Positions 30,601 to 38,648 are shown, counted from the first letter of the stretch. The stretch is DNA of 64,000 nt from an uncultured virus (IMG/VR IMGVR_UViG_3300021084_000006) (IMGVR_UViG_3300021084_000006:1-64000); one strand, 5' to 3'. The notes: generated from the letters alone by a model not told the origin. A program made the numbers and translations.

Positions 30601-32762
30601 TTAATGATGAGGTTACCAAAATGACATCTGTTTCAAATCTAACAAAAGGGTTGGGTCAAAATATGGCTGCTGTAGCTGAGACAAGAAGAAACATATCAGA
30701 CTTAATGGACAGTGAGATGATGGATCTTAAATCTATTTATCAAGGTGACACATGGCTTTCAAAATATGTTGAAATATTTCAGCAAATATCTGATGAAATA
30801 TTACCATCAACATTTTTATCTGCTAGTGAATCATTCCAAGATATCTTGGATGAAGTTGTAATAAACATAAATGCAGGAGATATACAATTTACAGAAGAAA
30901 CATTAGCTGGTATATCAAGAGACTTATTGTCTTACATTACTATTAAAGCCTACATAAACAAAAAATTAGGTGTAGATGGTAATTCACAAAGTGTTGCTAC
31001 TTTAAGTAATGATTTAATCTATCCTGGAGATTATCAATCCATTAATGAAATAGTTGATAGAATGAGATCATCAGAAGCTGGACAAGACAATTTCTTCTTG
31101 GATAGTTTTGCAGTCAGTGTTAAATCAGATGAGCAAAGCAATAATACTGGTACAAATCAGCTAAATGCAAATACATTTAGAAGTTTAAATGCTGCACAAA
31201 AGATTGACTTACAAACTTCTTTTGCTAAGCTTTACGGTTCATTGGAGACAAAGGATGATGCTTTATCAATTATTAATTATATAATGGTAAAAGACGGTCT
31301 ACAATTATCATCAGGGTCATTACTAGATGCTGTTAGTCCATTTATTATGGAGAGTTATTTATCTCAAATTGAAACAGCAAATCAAGCATTAAGATCTAGA
31401 TCTACTGAAGAAGTATTTGGTTTATCTTTTACTGAGATGAAAAAAGAATTTATAGAAGGTTATCTTCTTTCAAATAAAAGTAATGCATTGTTGCAAACAT
31501 TTATTTCTTCTCCAGGATTTGTATCTAAAGGTATAAAGATTAAGGATAATAAAGCCACTGTTGCATGGAATGAAAAGCAAAAAATTGGTGGAAGTAAACT
31601 TTACTTTAGAGTTAAAAATGAAACTGATGCTGGAGTTATTACATCAATAGATACATATAAAAGAGATGAAGATTCACAAACTGACTATACAAAAATAGAT
31701 ACTGTTGGTTCTAATCAACAAAATGCTATTGGTTTTATGTTTGGTGAAAGACCTACATATAAAGCTGTTAGAGAGTATGTAAAAGAAAAAAATGATCTTG
31801 TAAATAAAAATGATGACATTGCTAATAATTCAGCAAGCTCATTAGCAGAGGAAAAAAGTCTAGCTGCTGTATATGCTGATGAAATTTTAAATGATCAAAC
31901 TGCAGATATAGTAGCAACAGAAGAAGGCATTACAGTGAATGGTGAAGATATAGCAGATGCAATAGAGTCATATGACCCAGATAATGTTGTTGATCCAGAA
32001 AATTTAGAAGGTAATTCTATTTCTGGTAATAGTATATTAAATCTAATTTCATCTGATACAATAAAAAGTGTAGAGGTGCCTGAGTACACAGTTAAAAATC
32101 TAGTAAATGAAGATGGTACTAAAAGACTAGCTTCAACTAATGGTAATCAAATATTTCTAAACCCTGTTGAATCTATAGAAGAGTTCTTTAATTATGTTAC
32201 TGGTAAACAAGGTGGTCAAACATCTAAACAAAAAGAACAAGTAATATTGGCTTTAGAAAAAGAAGGTTATACAGTAGACCAAATGAGAAACATTCTAGAT
32301 ACTAAGAAGAAAGTAAATACTTTTTTAGTTTTTCATGAGCAAGATCATATAGATAACAATGATAAAGATGTCTATTGGAAAAATGGGAAAGACTTGCTGA
32401 CTCAAGATAAAATAGATATTGAAGTTAGAGCTACAGTTGTTGCTTTGAAAAAGGTTCAAGAAATGCAGGCTGGTACAGAACAAACTGAATTAGATACTTC
32501 AGAAAATCAAGTATCAGAAACACCGTTAACAAATGAACTAATGGGTCAATTAAAGTTTGCATTAGATTTTGAATCTAAATATAACACTTTAATAAACTTT
32601 TGGGACAACAATGTACAAGGTAAACCTGAAATGAGAAGTAAGCTAAGAGCTCAAAATATATTATCTTTACAGGATATGATTGATGCATTTAATAATTCAA
32701 GTTTTGAAGAGACAGGTGTAGATCCACAAGATCAATTTTTAGAAAAGTTAGGTTGTTTATAA
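18660..32762 (+). CDS. Giant virion-associated DNA-dependent RNA polymerase (crAss/phi14:2 gp66-like) fused to hydrophobic N-terminal region and zincin-like domain(s)
   Basis: 'RIPSQ..SGADFDIDK' with DFDID at 29439-29453; HEAFH at 25014-25028 followed by 'EEYLANEF'; second HExxH (HEQDH) at 32334-32348; Gly/Ala-rich hydrophobic helices at ~19400-20500. Confidence 0.9.
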   Translation: MENNLESKGLDQAIKASEETGPQFAINKDIDFVSVDQAYEDPEYDAYIDMADTAAIQRLDQQKDFIEKYGSGVYQNMALPTPSMANDTYDPQMQRKAKVPGDTISRDNSVEQTIDEVLYNQGVKLNQKQKEGNLIASPLYSDKRANSFDRYYHHPKFATLGYSPYANNSEYYNANSTAWDDLSRTWTSVKGLFGIGFTSSYVSVGDGMDGKYGKYDSGSAGSYEDFVDIGMSDRGGATQFFNNLLVNSGYTFGIIGSIALEELALVGLEAATFGGATPLVAARTATNAAKLAKAGKRVVNSFGVGRMATATMDMLKALRNADIAKDFYSVGKFVGKGIAPETYAAIKGIRTAKNTAGNLTNMRKAATTFGGFYRDVRSFNLAMAESKLEGGMLYNERMDEGMREMQATNFGGPVTDSQMARIQENAAKAGFASTMQNLPLIFATNQLVLGNAFGGFNKSFARMANQNIKGGARRIIKTSKSVLKDGTKALDVFADAGAGLKGVVKSIANAGVKGNLRTAAGASLRYFAANFGEGIQELGQEAIATGTGEYYKTLLKDPGAGGLELYNTSLASGIGSQFSEQGFETFMSGFLMGGVVAGPQKLFFQGVPAIYKRISDPKAFAEYKANKEKAISSLVDTYNDTWNKMAEDPNAVFDQKKFKFLVQKQAAEGMLESAFESDQFGFIDSKDIAKFNQIYDVISNGGARFFEQQLNDYANLDDASLAQAFPTDKQQIKSGKLRKRFTDMIDSIGVMEENFNKLSDKYENPFDESRFEKGTREFQEEAIKRISFDHARYLYMFTNDGFNRALERADSIFQSLESDPLFKDMEAKDITVLLDNDSINNELKLLLQEELILKDDKTQKGKVKEIRERAKRLGALQAILSDKKNLKKDGSFDQRKILKLKTEFHNYVRFMAKKSGSFVNEEVVMDALKKIVDHKALKGRARVYYKSIEYLNNPERFTEIYERTNEFLKSAFKDVQRNYKEAVEKYIETKEQVQLLNEIAKLTDHKGNMVIPDPNEVKKFSITNNPYDLKTFYTEAGTVTKRFNATTVTQINEILGAYAKITEQDTVDQKTEEAQAEETRADVEEILSENGVEIELPTGESKVYTEILRKGYNKYLADQANLNKNAVDFNAWINTENGKAYRQSFAAIKKIWIANDKLTNPNRSLTPEQIENDANLISWLTSQEGKTNDLVAKILDKTGLTISEITGIQEQAPTKNKPYKGRANTDVIESGSYVALVQTETENKNGEKEFLYQLFENSTGRLLDAEILSAKGLGNVNAFLVKGQAISAYKRLESDQPNSAEFPFDGVEGLSYGQKVYKDGIEYTILSNPKKLANKGTLLLIPSDAQSLTYEEKVAQKVFVNVKKGGFKDFYTLEEIDSKRLPNSVSRLNFNELVTPYGAKNEDETSWSIAKQRYFAIISELSQEDLKTLELVVTLNPEAGKKGGQYTIPGKESNEYITRTQSKYLIGIRTNSGVVQDKIDALFAKNGRLEGVDPFKSDARVFAFLPNQNFQIEIGGKVLTVDQLNPSQSANIFDVSDNLKNKLTDAQVLEIVKEKYAINNALLAKIDEQFAENSTDGNTAVLSKEQLPEGFSFNSTLGNVVYDKSDKKLTDLEYNAADENGNYLIYQLEKSKTGRSKIVITNLEEDAREELINKVETQLEKQGLLSELSKGTDAYKAAVLLPDGTYRLVPLKSESLENEATDKLFVDLITRAQKTQEENKNGKDPSYNKEWNDNQGVWISSYPGITVKLEVNKYGKVQLSIVKDGKWTNLELTRDEVNAAEDVEVKIQKLIDRANETTVFKTAVSSPETGSKIGFTLSRKNFRTSYSRSVGVNELIEKTTTQAKTQVVGVNTLEVFAPSGTTQSSSNTETTTSATFTPTRDYTDAEGNPIPAGPEMTTASSKEKTFTAEESEYSILDLEDSEFDAYKENDFRDLPSYMIEHIVNKIISPEGGVALRERERQVFESPRKSEIMTRIAILGGTVKETEISETPLSKIDKELTALKKKLQEGKKGAAKRKALKDSKEYQTLLKNKKAIESAANKVMPAYTAQDSENVDVFMAWAANNLPDFISIEDIGVLGSNLKAGGVRVGAFALNLHALAGGMKIGGTIYTGAKSPFRYHEAFHGVFRMLLSDTEINKYLSIARKEVRSKLRAEGKNFLQELERFRNSADTYTNMSKARLEQEYYEEYLANEFEAFKQNPKKTKTDSGVKSLFTRIMEWIKSVFNSYNKSELLTLFENIDGGKYQTASIANNQFINTLTTGVTVEANALIPYDSIQDGKKVGFYYLDSAVADPMIRSIAAMYLQAERQVTETGVKRSEIFDAVIDDFYNLYDPENVINLDKTDAQREVLENIILALDNYLEVIKPQVYSVLNVIDSQITEEEYNTEYFEDSVGLRSIDQWNTDASLIGGLESTPRHIRAYLATTTKEETDFFGNRELKAGVPLIIPVEFNKVYNGLLKAVKNIEDPKKMLRTMYFFGQDNLETGAVVSRLLNDLGVSKEALLSNSPLPLELKNPSLFQAFTKAFENFRVEYIFSQRDSAGNVIMYSAAERDDINSQVDVWSQAWNDAEKKIKVDSSRKETVEKTLGAFGNLLLPSSTQKTDKEISELSQKYSEKIFELTGIRLSKQYIAFSLTANRPQTEEQGALQSVHSNETPITEEAIRTMNILIQNGEDIFNEGEEGMYSRLRTLAINNAPFDETIGLSVFKNSEGNLVYAHQKPTYHLKQVEKLNTDVQALEKLKQENPYLKNNYLLNNDAFIQMSAENRQKILRIAGTAVGNINTTEEEINESISGLKSRSTYGNFTPQEFALNLLNSYTYGVNTKSNKANFVEYYDTKLGKNVKVALAPSLIRVLESSNTGDMMNLPVIKAVEFVSGSTGAVKLTDEAVDTYISSIETEYDRILRESALRRDNPLQVQKLGYNTEGGRAYKLHNSALFLPQTIRIALEEIATRDDAKSLSAALSELDMTMADLKSNVVESLEQQFELFKDELKTLNINEEISSKVREGLVNKNVKATPDLIQSNQLLNLNYDQEYNLKQIFFNNWINTKSINEILLGDQAVTLKNGVDAIKRAKAQNASTVSAYSAITAPELGINHPVDNISLVSLEEPIGVSSVTGDNIDIADAQMWMTTKAFRYMFFGFGKLTPMQAKLMDKVEAGETISSEDIFGQDGYVSNGVMLNSKKLVYFDGSTFIKMSAFILTPQLTSNKVVNANGEVTYTAKENRKELHDLRVKLEGIEAIKDKQTLGIAAPLSALKMLKQKVKTLEEVKADGQFSENDFTSLSAKNMGLQLEVPSNKLETVEPSQIKAIITSEQKDDVFVKELGLTVGQIRKAYNEAISARVELKFKNKRNLIFTFDSAMEELKISMAKDKLTPNLMSFLRYATEGLKASQSSSQLLEFFSTEEGEQKYDLNNPITINKFEQLFLSYLSKGVLAEKQPGHALALVSSYGMNIYRRVYSVDENGIPDRSEVIREKYWNKISNKPEVVEFDTLLGRKIPKEGVVVLDRLRSGVKEYDSKGVFTGQRYTEMLMPAHFKSVMDLVENGSMANIPEVISKMFAIRIPSQDNHSTINIKHVDFLPAFYGSSATFAQELVEISGADFDIDKVYAQIKEFYVKDKKFIEYGTAKNNNDAYDDYINYINEKVNKPGTIYSEAYQLYKTDEGSARIQNSATEAEVGVASDAGASEQSIKALQMLGLPITKGQYVNYIKKNKTEPYEAPYNNEVLDYKYALMGNTGVTESTEGIPISYTAANLEILESELAALVQLSETFALRDSEDSVDIDNLLGQIKAFTSNKGAAIGAIVSPNVNLSLLTEYKIKLKGDNGLNFNNVTYDSFATLTEKLTKTKNGLRKQDIISSLITMATDNAKERLVAKLGLNRAALSLVGTMTGLGVPIRTSLLLVNNPLIRDIYNEALNKKDKLDPGVKALSKTAFENIFKRIGNLNEKVVEVVVTDELLLEAINRTGKESIASLQADLAILDQFISALNINDEVTKMTSVSNLTKGLGQNMAAVAETRRNISDLMDSEMMDLKSIYQGDTWLSKYVEIFQQISDEILPSTFLSASESFQDILDEVVININAGDIQFTEETLAGISRDLLSYITIKAYINKKLGVDGNSQSVATLSNDLIYPGDYQSINEIVDRMRSSEAGQDNFFLDSFAVSVKSDEQSNNTGTNQLNANTFRSLNAAQKIDLQTSFAKLYGSLETKDDALSIINYIMVKDGLQLSSGSLLDAVSPFIMESYLSQIETANQALRSRSTEEVFGLSFTEMKKEFIEGYLLSNKSNALLQTFISSPGFVSKGIKIKDNKATVAWNEKQKIGGSKLYFRVKNETDAGVITSIDTYKRDEDSQTDYTKIDTVGSNQQNAIGFMFGERPTYKAVREYVKEKNDLVNKNDDIANNSASSLAEEKSLAAVYADEILNDQTADIVATEEGITVNGEDIADAIESYDPDNVVDPENLEGNSISGNSILNLISSDTIKSVEVPEYTVKNLVNEDGTKRLASTNGNQIFLNPVESIEEFFNYVTGKQGGQTSKQKEQVILALEKEGYTVDQMRNILDTKKKVNTFLVFHEQDHIDNNDKDVYWKNGKDLLTQDKIDIEVRATVVALKKVQEMQAGTEQTELDTSENQVSETPLTNELMGQLKFALDFESKYNTLINFWDNNVQGKPEMRSKLRAQNILSLQDMIDAFNNSSFEETGVDPQDQFLEKLGCL

Positions 32763-32786
32763 ACATAGAAATAAGATATAATAGTT

Positions 32787-35700
32787 ATGGCTACATGTCC
32801 AAATAAAAACGCAGCAGAATACAAAGCTTTACAAGCAGTGTATAAAACAGAATTAAAGACAAATGATGTCATTAATAGCTGGCAACGTGTTAATAATACA
32901 GATGTAATACCTACAACGGTAGAGGCAAATAGATATGTAAAAAACCAAAAAACAGTTTATGCATTAAAGCAAAAAGCATTTGGTGAAAGTCTTTTGAATA
33001 ATTTACGTAGAGAAAAAATTATACATCAGTATCAGGGTACTTATTTTATTAATAACTCCAATCAGCAGACTAGAGAGTATGATGAAGTATTTCTGCAAAA
33101 AAACTATGACAAACTACAAAGGTATTTAGAAATAAATAATATTCCTTTAGATTCTATATCACTAACAAGAACACCTAAAACATTTAAAGTAGCTGTCAAG
33201 AATGATATATTCACACCTCAAGATATTTTAACAAAGTCTAGATCTTGGGATACAAATAGATCAAGGGCTGTTGTTACACATTTAATGAGGATGTTTCCCC
33301 AGATAAAAGTAAAAATGCTATCAGTAGCAGATGCTAAAGCTGTATATGATACTATCCCAAAGTGGAAAAAAACATCTGCAAATTTTTCTGAAGTTAATTC
33401 ATTTTATGTTGATGGTGTAGCATACTTAATTAGAGGAAGAGTAACTGATGAAACTGCTATAGAAGAAATGCTTCACCCATTTATAGATGCAATTAAAGTA
33501 GATAATGCAGAGCTTTTTAATGGTTTACTAGCTGAAGCAAAAAGAAACTTTCCTCAAATGGTTCAGGAAATTACAGATGCATATAATAGTGACAGAAGAT
33601 TTACTCAGGTTGAAAGAGATTTAGAAATTGTAACACAAGCATTAACAAGACATTTCAAACAAGAATATGAAACTAAGCCAACTCAAACATTCTTAAATAG
33701 AATAAACCAAGCATTGGAGTGGTTTATGAATGTAATTAAAGACTTGCAAAACTACATTACAGGTGCAGCTTTACCAGTAACTGCAATAAACAGCAGTACA
33801 AACTTTAGTACTCTAGCCAAACTTCTTAATACAGAGGGTATAAGGTTTAATCTTGAAAGTAGAGCTAATGGTAAAGTTAGGTATGCTTTAACTCCAAAAA
33901 AACAAAAAATAGTAGATGCTACATTAAAAGTGTCTAATGGATTGCAGCAAGAAATAATTAAAAAAATGTTTCAGGTTGCAACGTCAACTAAAGAAGAAGT
34001 TGACTCTTTATCTGTTAATATTAATGTAGCAGAGCAAGGAGATGACATAGTAATACTAAATGAAAAAGATCATACATACTATAACTTAGCTACAGGAGAA
34101 ATATATGAATCTGTTACTACTGCTATAAAAGGTAAAATGCCTAAGTCAAAGCAAGTAGAAAATCAAATTAACCTTGATATTGGTAATGATGTAGATGCAT
34201 TATTAGATGCGTTGGTGTCTTTTGAATCTTTTGAAAGTGCTATTCCAAACATGCAAGTTTTAAATGCTGAGCAGGCGGAGGAAGTATATAAAAGATTAAA
34301 AGATGAGCTGTCACAAATAATTCCTAAGTCAACAGTACTTATATCACAAGTAGTAGTATTTGATCCTGCAACTAAGATTGCCGGTACTGCAGATTTAATT
34401 GCAATTGATGAAAATGGAAACATAAAGATTATTGATTTAAAAACCAGTAAGAATTCCATATACAAAAAAACTGTTAAAGATTCATTTGTTAGTGGTATAC
34501 CAGGTAGATCAGAAGTATTTCAGTATGAAACTAAAGAGTGGGATATTTTACCATCTACAGAAGATGTAATAGAAGATTTAGAAGATAATAATGTAAAGAA
34601 GGAAGACGGTAATAAATATTCTAAAGAGCAAATAAAGAATAGGAAAGAAGAACTTGCACCTACACTTTATAAAAAAGCAGGAGTTACAAAGCTTTCTACA
34701 AGAGGTCAGCATAACTTACAAGTAAACATGTATAAACGTATGTTTGAAAACATGGGTTATAAAGTTTTAGGTAATGAAAATGGTGCGGCAACCTTCCATA
34801 TGTTAGCAGATATAAGTGGAAAAGGTAAGGATCAAGTATTTAATGGTGGTATAAAGTATGATGGTTTATATCAACACAAGGCAACAGAAGAACAAGATAA
34901 GGTAGACAAATTAATACCTGCTGATAATAGCACGGCTGCTGCTAAAAAATTAGAAGAACTTACAAAAGACAATGAAAATCTTGCTTACGTAGGTAAAGAT
35001 GAAGATATAGAGCAAGTAGAAAATAATATCCCAGAAGAAAACTATCCTGAGTATAATACAATCTTTGGTGCATTAGAAGGTTTTGCAGCTGGTCTTCTTA
35101 ATAAGCAACAAGCTCTTGAAACTATTGCTAGTAAAACCTTCACTACTCAAAATAAAGAATTAACACGTGATGAGATTGCAAGAGCTGTTGCTTTAATACG
35201 TATGAATTTAGGGGCCGGTTCAGATGCTAGATCACAGACTTACACAGCAATGTTGAGGTATGGGTTAAAAGAAATAAGACAATTTAAAGATTATGTTGAA
35301 GATCCAAATAATGTTACAAAGCCTGAGTATATAACTTTTGTTTTAAATTTTAACAGATTTATTGCCACATATGAAAGCTTATATTCAATTGCAGAATCTA
35401 GTGAATTAAATGCTACACAAAGATCTTTAGTTCTACAAATGCAAATTGAAGTTAATAAACTTGTAGGAACAGAAAACACTGAAGGTATAATTAATCAAGC
35501 ATACACTGATTTTGTAAAAGAGACGGTTAGATTAAGATCAGATAAAAATTTTGGTGCAGAAAACAGCTTGTTTACTGAGGAAGATCTTGATCAGTTGATG
35601 AAAAGAGTAGAAGACATAAGCACTATAGAATTGCTTACTAAAGATATGGCTACTCAGAAAGATACTTTGATGGCTGTTATGGATAAAATCTATAAAAGAC

Positions 35701-38612
35701 AAAAGCAAATACTCTTAGATAAAATAGCACAACGTGAAGATCTAATAAGGAAGTCAGGTAATAAACTATTAAAGCTTTCTCAAGGTAGTGATAAAAATAA
35801 GATTTATGACTTTATGCTTGAGTATGATAAAGATGGTAAATTCACTGGCTTCTATACTAAATCAATTGGTCAAAAGTATTATGAAAAATCTCAAGAGCTT
35901 TATTCTGAACTAAGTGATGCTAATGGTACGCCTTATGAGTATCACAAAATATACAACATTGAAGATGCTACAGAAAAGCAACTACAAGAAAATATTGACT
36001 TAGCAAATAAAAAGAGAGCTTATAGTGATTTTTATAAAGCAGAGGATACATCAGTAGATATAGATGCAAACGGTAATCTTCCGGGTGGTAAGTATCACAG
36101 ATTTACTCAAGAATTTATAGAAGTAAGAAGAAAGAATGAGACTTATGTTTATAATGAGAAAACAGGCTATGGAGAATGGATGAGAAAAGCTGGAGTAAGT
36201 AATGCTCAATGGTCAGAGTATCAAGCAAAGTATTACAAGTTCAATCCTTATACAAAAGCATTAAGAAAGAATGGTGTACCTATTGGTACTATACTTGAAG
36301 ATCAAGTTTTTCCTGCACCTAAAGAACAATATGTTGAAGCAAGAGAGATTACATCAGAGGGTGAGGATATGCGTAGTGAAAAATATAAAGCTTTGTATGA
36401 TCCAACAAAAACTGATGCATTAACAATGGCTCAGAGAGAGTTCTATGAACTTTATGTAAGATTTTATGAAGAAGAGTTATTAAAAAAATTACCTCAGAAT
36501 ACTAAAGATAGAATGGCAGGTAGAGTACCTGTGGTTAAAAATGAATTAATTAGTAAACTAAAAGGAGAGGGTCCATTGTTTAGTAAGCTTTATGCTAATA
36601 CTATTAGAGGGTTTAAAAACTTTACTGAGCAAACAGCTACAGAAAAAAATGTTTTACTTGATGAGCAAGGTAATTTTGTAAATGGCTTACCAATCATGTA
36701 TACTGGTAGTACTAAGATAGATGGTCAACTAGAAGAAGTTGAATCTCAGATACGTGCTTTAAAAGATGAATACAAGAAAGGTAAAATATCAAGAACCAAC
36801 TATAATACAAAAGTAGCTAAGCTAAATGCAAACGCAGCTAGCCTAAGAAATCAACCTTCTCTAGGTGAAGTAAGCACTGACTTGGCAAGTAGTTTAATTA
36901 AGTTTAGTGCAATGGCTGAGCATTATGAAGTAATGGGTGAGATAGAAGACACTCTTACTGCTTTTGTAAAGGTTATAGAAAACAGAGAGTATGATCCTTC
37001 TCCAGATACATCAACCAAATTCTTTGGGCGTGCTGTTGATGGAGTTATGAAAGGTGTTGGATACACTAAAGAAACTAAAGGTGCATCCAATGTAGCAAAG
37101 AGAGCAAGAAAATACATGTCTATGATTTTCTATGATAATGAGCTTGTAACAAAAGGGATGGCTAATAAAATAGCTGATAACTTAGTTGCTGCATCTTCTC
37201 TTACATATGTAGCATTTAACCCACTAGGTAACTTCAATAACTACGTTATGGGTAGGTTAAATAATAATATAGAGATGCTTGGTGGTAGATACTTTAGTAA
37301 GAAGAACTTTTTACGTGCTGGGAAAGAATATAATCTGCAGGCATTGCAATCAGGTATATTTAAAAGACTTGGTACTGCAACACTAGATCTTGCAGATATT
37401 GCAACTCTAGGTAAAGCAGGGTTAAAAGTCTCTAACTATGATCCAGATAAAGCCAATAACAAATATGAAGGTTTTGTAGAAGAGTTTAGAATGATGGATC
37501 CTTCTACTGATATACGTGAATCTGGTAGAGATAATGATGGTAAAACTGTTTGGGAAAGATTTAAAGCCTGGGGTTATGTTTTACAGGATGCTGCAGAATA
37601 TAATGTACAAACAAGAGTTGGTATATCAATGCTTATGGACACCATAATAGAAAACTCTAAGACTGGTGAATCATTATCTTTTTATGATGCTCACAGCTTT
37701 AATCAAGAAACACATAAACTTGAGTTAAAAGAAGGCTATGATACAATAGTAACTAAAGATGGTAACAAAATTAAATACACTGATGAGTTTAGATATGACA
37801 TTAGAAATAAGATACGTGAAGTAAACAAACAAATTCATGGTAACTATGCCAAGGAGGACAAAATGGTTCTTCAAAGTTACACTTTAGGTAACCTAGCAGC
37901 ACAGTTCAAGAAATGGGTTGCTCCTGCAATAAGGTCAAGATTTCAAAGAGAATACTTTGATGAGAACTTAGGCCATATGGAAGGAAGATATAGATCATTC
38001 TGGAAATTTTTAGCTTACACAAAGCAACAAATCTTTTTAGGTAATAGAGATTTTAGAAAATACTCTGATGGTTTCTTAGAAGAATATGGTTTTACTGGTA
38101 AAGGTGGTAATAGAGATCAGTTTGCTGTAAATAAACTTAAAGGTTTTTATAGAACCATGGGTGAAGCAGGTATCATATTAACTGTTATGGCAATGAACTT
38201 ATTATTTGATGGTTTATTAAGTGGAGATGATGATGATAGTGATGCAATGATAAAACTAAAACATGCTTTAAAGAAGCAAGGTAGTAGAACCTATCAAGAA
38301 CTTGTTGCTTTTGTACCAGTATCACCTGCTGGTTGGGAACAATTGTTTGGTATGATAGAGAGTCCAATAGCAACCACAAAAGTTTTAGGTGAAATGACTG
38401 AAGCATTCACACAAACTATATTTACTCCAGCTGCAATGTTATATTATAGTGATAAAGAGTTTTATTCAAACTCAGACTATGTATATCAAAATAGACCTAG
38501 AAGAGGTCAGCTTAAGTTAGCTAAAGAGTGGAAAGATGTTATTCCAATTTTATATACAATACAAAAATGGGACAACTTAATTAAAGAGCAAGAGTACAGT
38601 ATTAAGTACTAA
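32787..38612 (+). CDS. Large virion/ejected protein with degenerate zincin-like domain and PD-(D/E)XK nuclease domain
   Basis: EEMLHP at 33462-33479 (HExxH with first His lost); 'ESVTT..IAGTADLIAID..KIIDLKT..LQVNMY' (~34050-34880); long helical C-terminus with a hydrophobic segment. Confidence 0.7.
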   Translation: MATCPNKNAAEYKALQAVYKTELKTNDVINSWQRVNNTDVIPTTVEANRYVKNQKTVYALKQKAFGESLLNNLRREKIIHQYQGTYFINNSNQQTREYDEVFLQKNYDKLQRYLEINNIPLDSISLTRTPKTFKVAVKNDIFTPQDILTKSRSWDTNRSRAVVTHLMRMFPQIKVKMLSVADAKAVYDTIPKWKKTSANFSEVNSFYVDGVAYLIRGRVTDETAIEEMLHPFIDAIKVDNAELFNGLLAEAKRNFPQMVQEITDAYNSDRRFTQVERDLEIVTQALTRHFKQEYETKPTQTFLNRINQALEWFMNVIKDLQNYITGAALPVTAINSSTNFSTLAKLLNTEGIRFNLESRANGKVRYALTPKKQKIVDATLKVSNGLQQEIIKKMFQVATSTKEEVDSLSVNINVAEQGDDIVILNEKDHTYYNLATGEIYESVTTAIKGKMPKSKQVENQINLDIGNDVDALLDALVSFESFESAIPNMQVLNAEQAEEVYKRLKDELSQIIPKSTVLISQVVVFDPATKIAGTADLIAIDENGNIKIIDLKTSKNSIYKKTVKDSFVSGIPGRSEVFQYETKEWDILPSTEDVIEDLEDNNVKKEDGNKYSKEQIKNRKEELAPTLYKKAGVTKLSTRGQHNLQVNMYKRMFENMGYKVLGNENGAATFHMLADISGKGKDQVFNGGIKYDGLYQHKATEEQDKVDKLIPADNSTAAAKKLEELTKDNENLAYVGKDEDIEQVENNIPEENYPEYNTIFGALEGFAAGLLNKQQALETIASKTFTTQNKELTRDEIARAVALIRMNLGAGSDARSQTYTAMLRYGLKEIRQFKDYVEDPNNVTKPEYITFVLNFNRFIATYESLYSIAESSELNATQRSLVLQMQIEVNKLVGTENTEGIINQAYTDFVKETVRLRSDKNFGAENSLFTEEDLDQLMKRVEDISTIELLTKDMATQKDTLMAVMDKIYKRQKQILLDKIAQREDLIRKSGNKLLKLSQGSDKNKIYDFMLEYDKDGKFTGFYTKSIGQKYYEKSQELYSELSDANGTPYEYHKIYNIEDATEKQLQENIDLANKKRAYSDFYKAEDTSVDIDANGNLPGGKYHRFTQEFIEVRRKNETYVYNEKTGYGEWMRKAGVSNAQWSEYQAKYYKFNPYTKALRKNGVPIGTILEDQVFPAPKEQYVEAREITSEGEDMRSEKYKALYDPTKTDALTMAQREFYELYVRFYEEELLKKLPQNTKDRMAGRVPVVKNELISKLKGEGPLFSKLYANTIRGFKNFTEQTATEKNVLLDEQGNFVNGLPIMYTGSTKIDGQLEEVESQIRALKDEYKKGKISRTNYNTKVAKLNANAASLRNQPSLGEVSTDLASSLIKFSAMAEHYEVMGEIEDTLTAFVKVIENREYDPSPDTSTKFFGRAVDGVMKGVGYTKETKGASNVAKRARKYMSMIFYDNELVTKGMANKIADNLVAASSLTYVAFNPLGNFNNYVMGRLNNNIEMLGGRYFSKKNFLRAGKEYNLQALQSGIFKRLGTATLDLADIATLGKAGLKVSNYDPDKANNKYEGFVEEFRMMDPSTDIRESGRDNDGKTVWERFKAWGYVLQDAAEYNVQTRVGISMLMDTIIENSKTGESLSFYDAHSFNQETHKLELKEGYDTIVTKDGNKIKYTDEFRYDIRNKIREVNKQIHGNYAKEDKMVLQSYTLGNLAAQFKKWVAPAIRSRFQREYFDENLGHMEGRYRSFWKFLAYTKQQIFLGNRDFRKYSDGFLEEYGFTGKGGNRDQFAVNKLKGFYRTMGEAGIILTVMAMNLLFDGLLSGDDDDSDAMIKLKHALKKQGSRTYQELVAFVPVSPAGWEQLFGMIESPIATTKVLGEMTEAFTQTIFTPAAMLYYSDKEFYSNSDYVYQNRPRRGQLKLAKEWKDVIPILYTIQKWDNLIKEQEYSIKY

Positions 38613-38648
38613 AATAAAACCCCGGTGTAATTGCCGGGGTTTCTTTTT
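38611..38648. terminator. Bidirectional intrinsic terminator between convergent blocks
   Basis: AAACCCCGG(38617-25)-TGTAATTG-CCGGGGTTT(38634-42), A-rich before and T-rich after, between two convergent stop codons. Confidence 0.85.
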
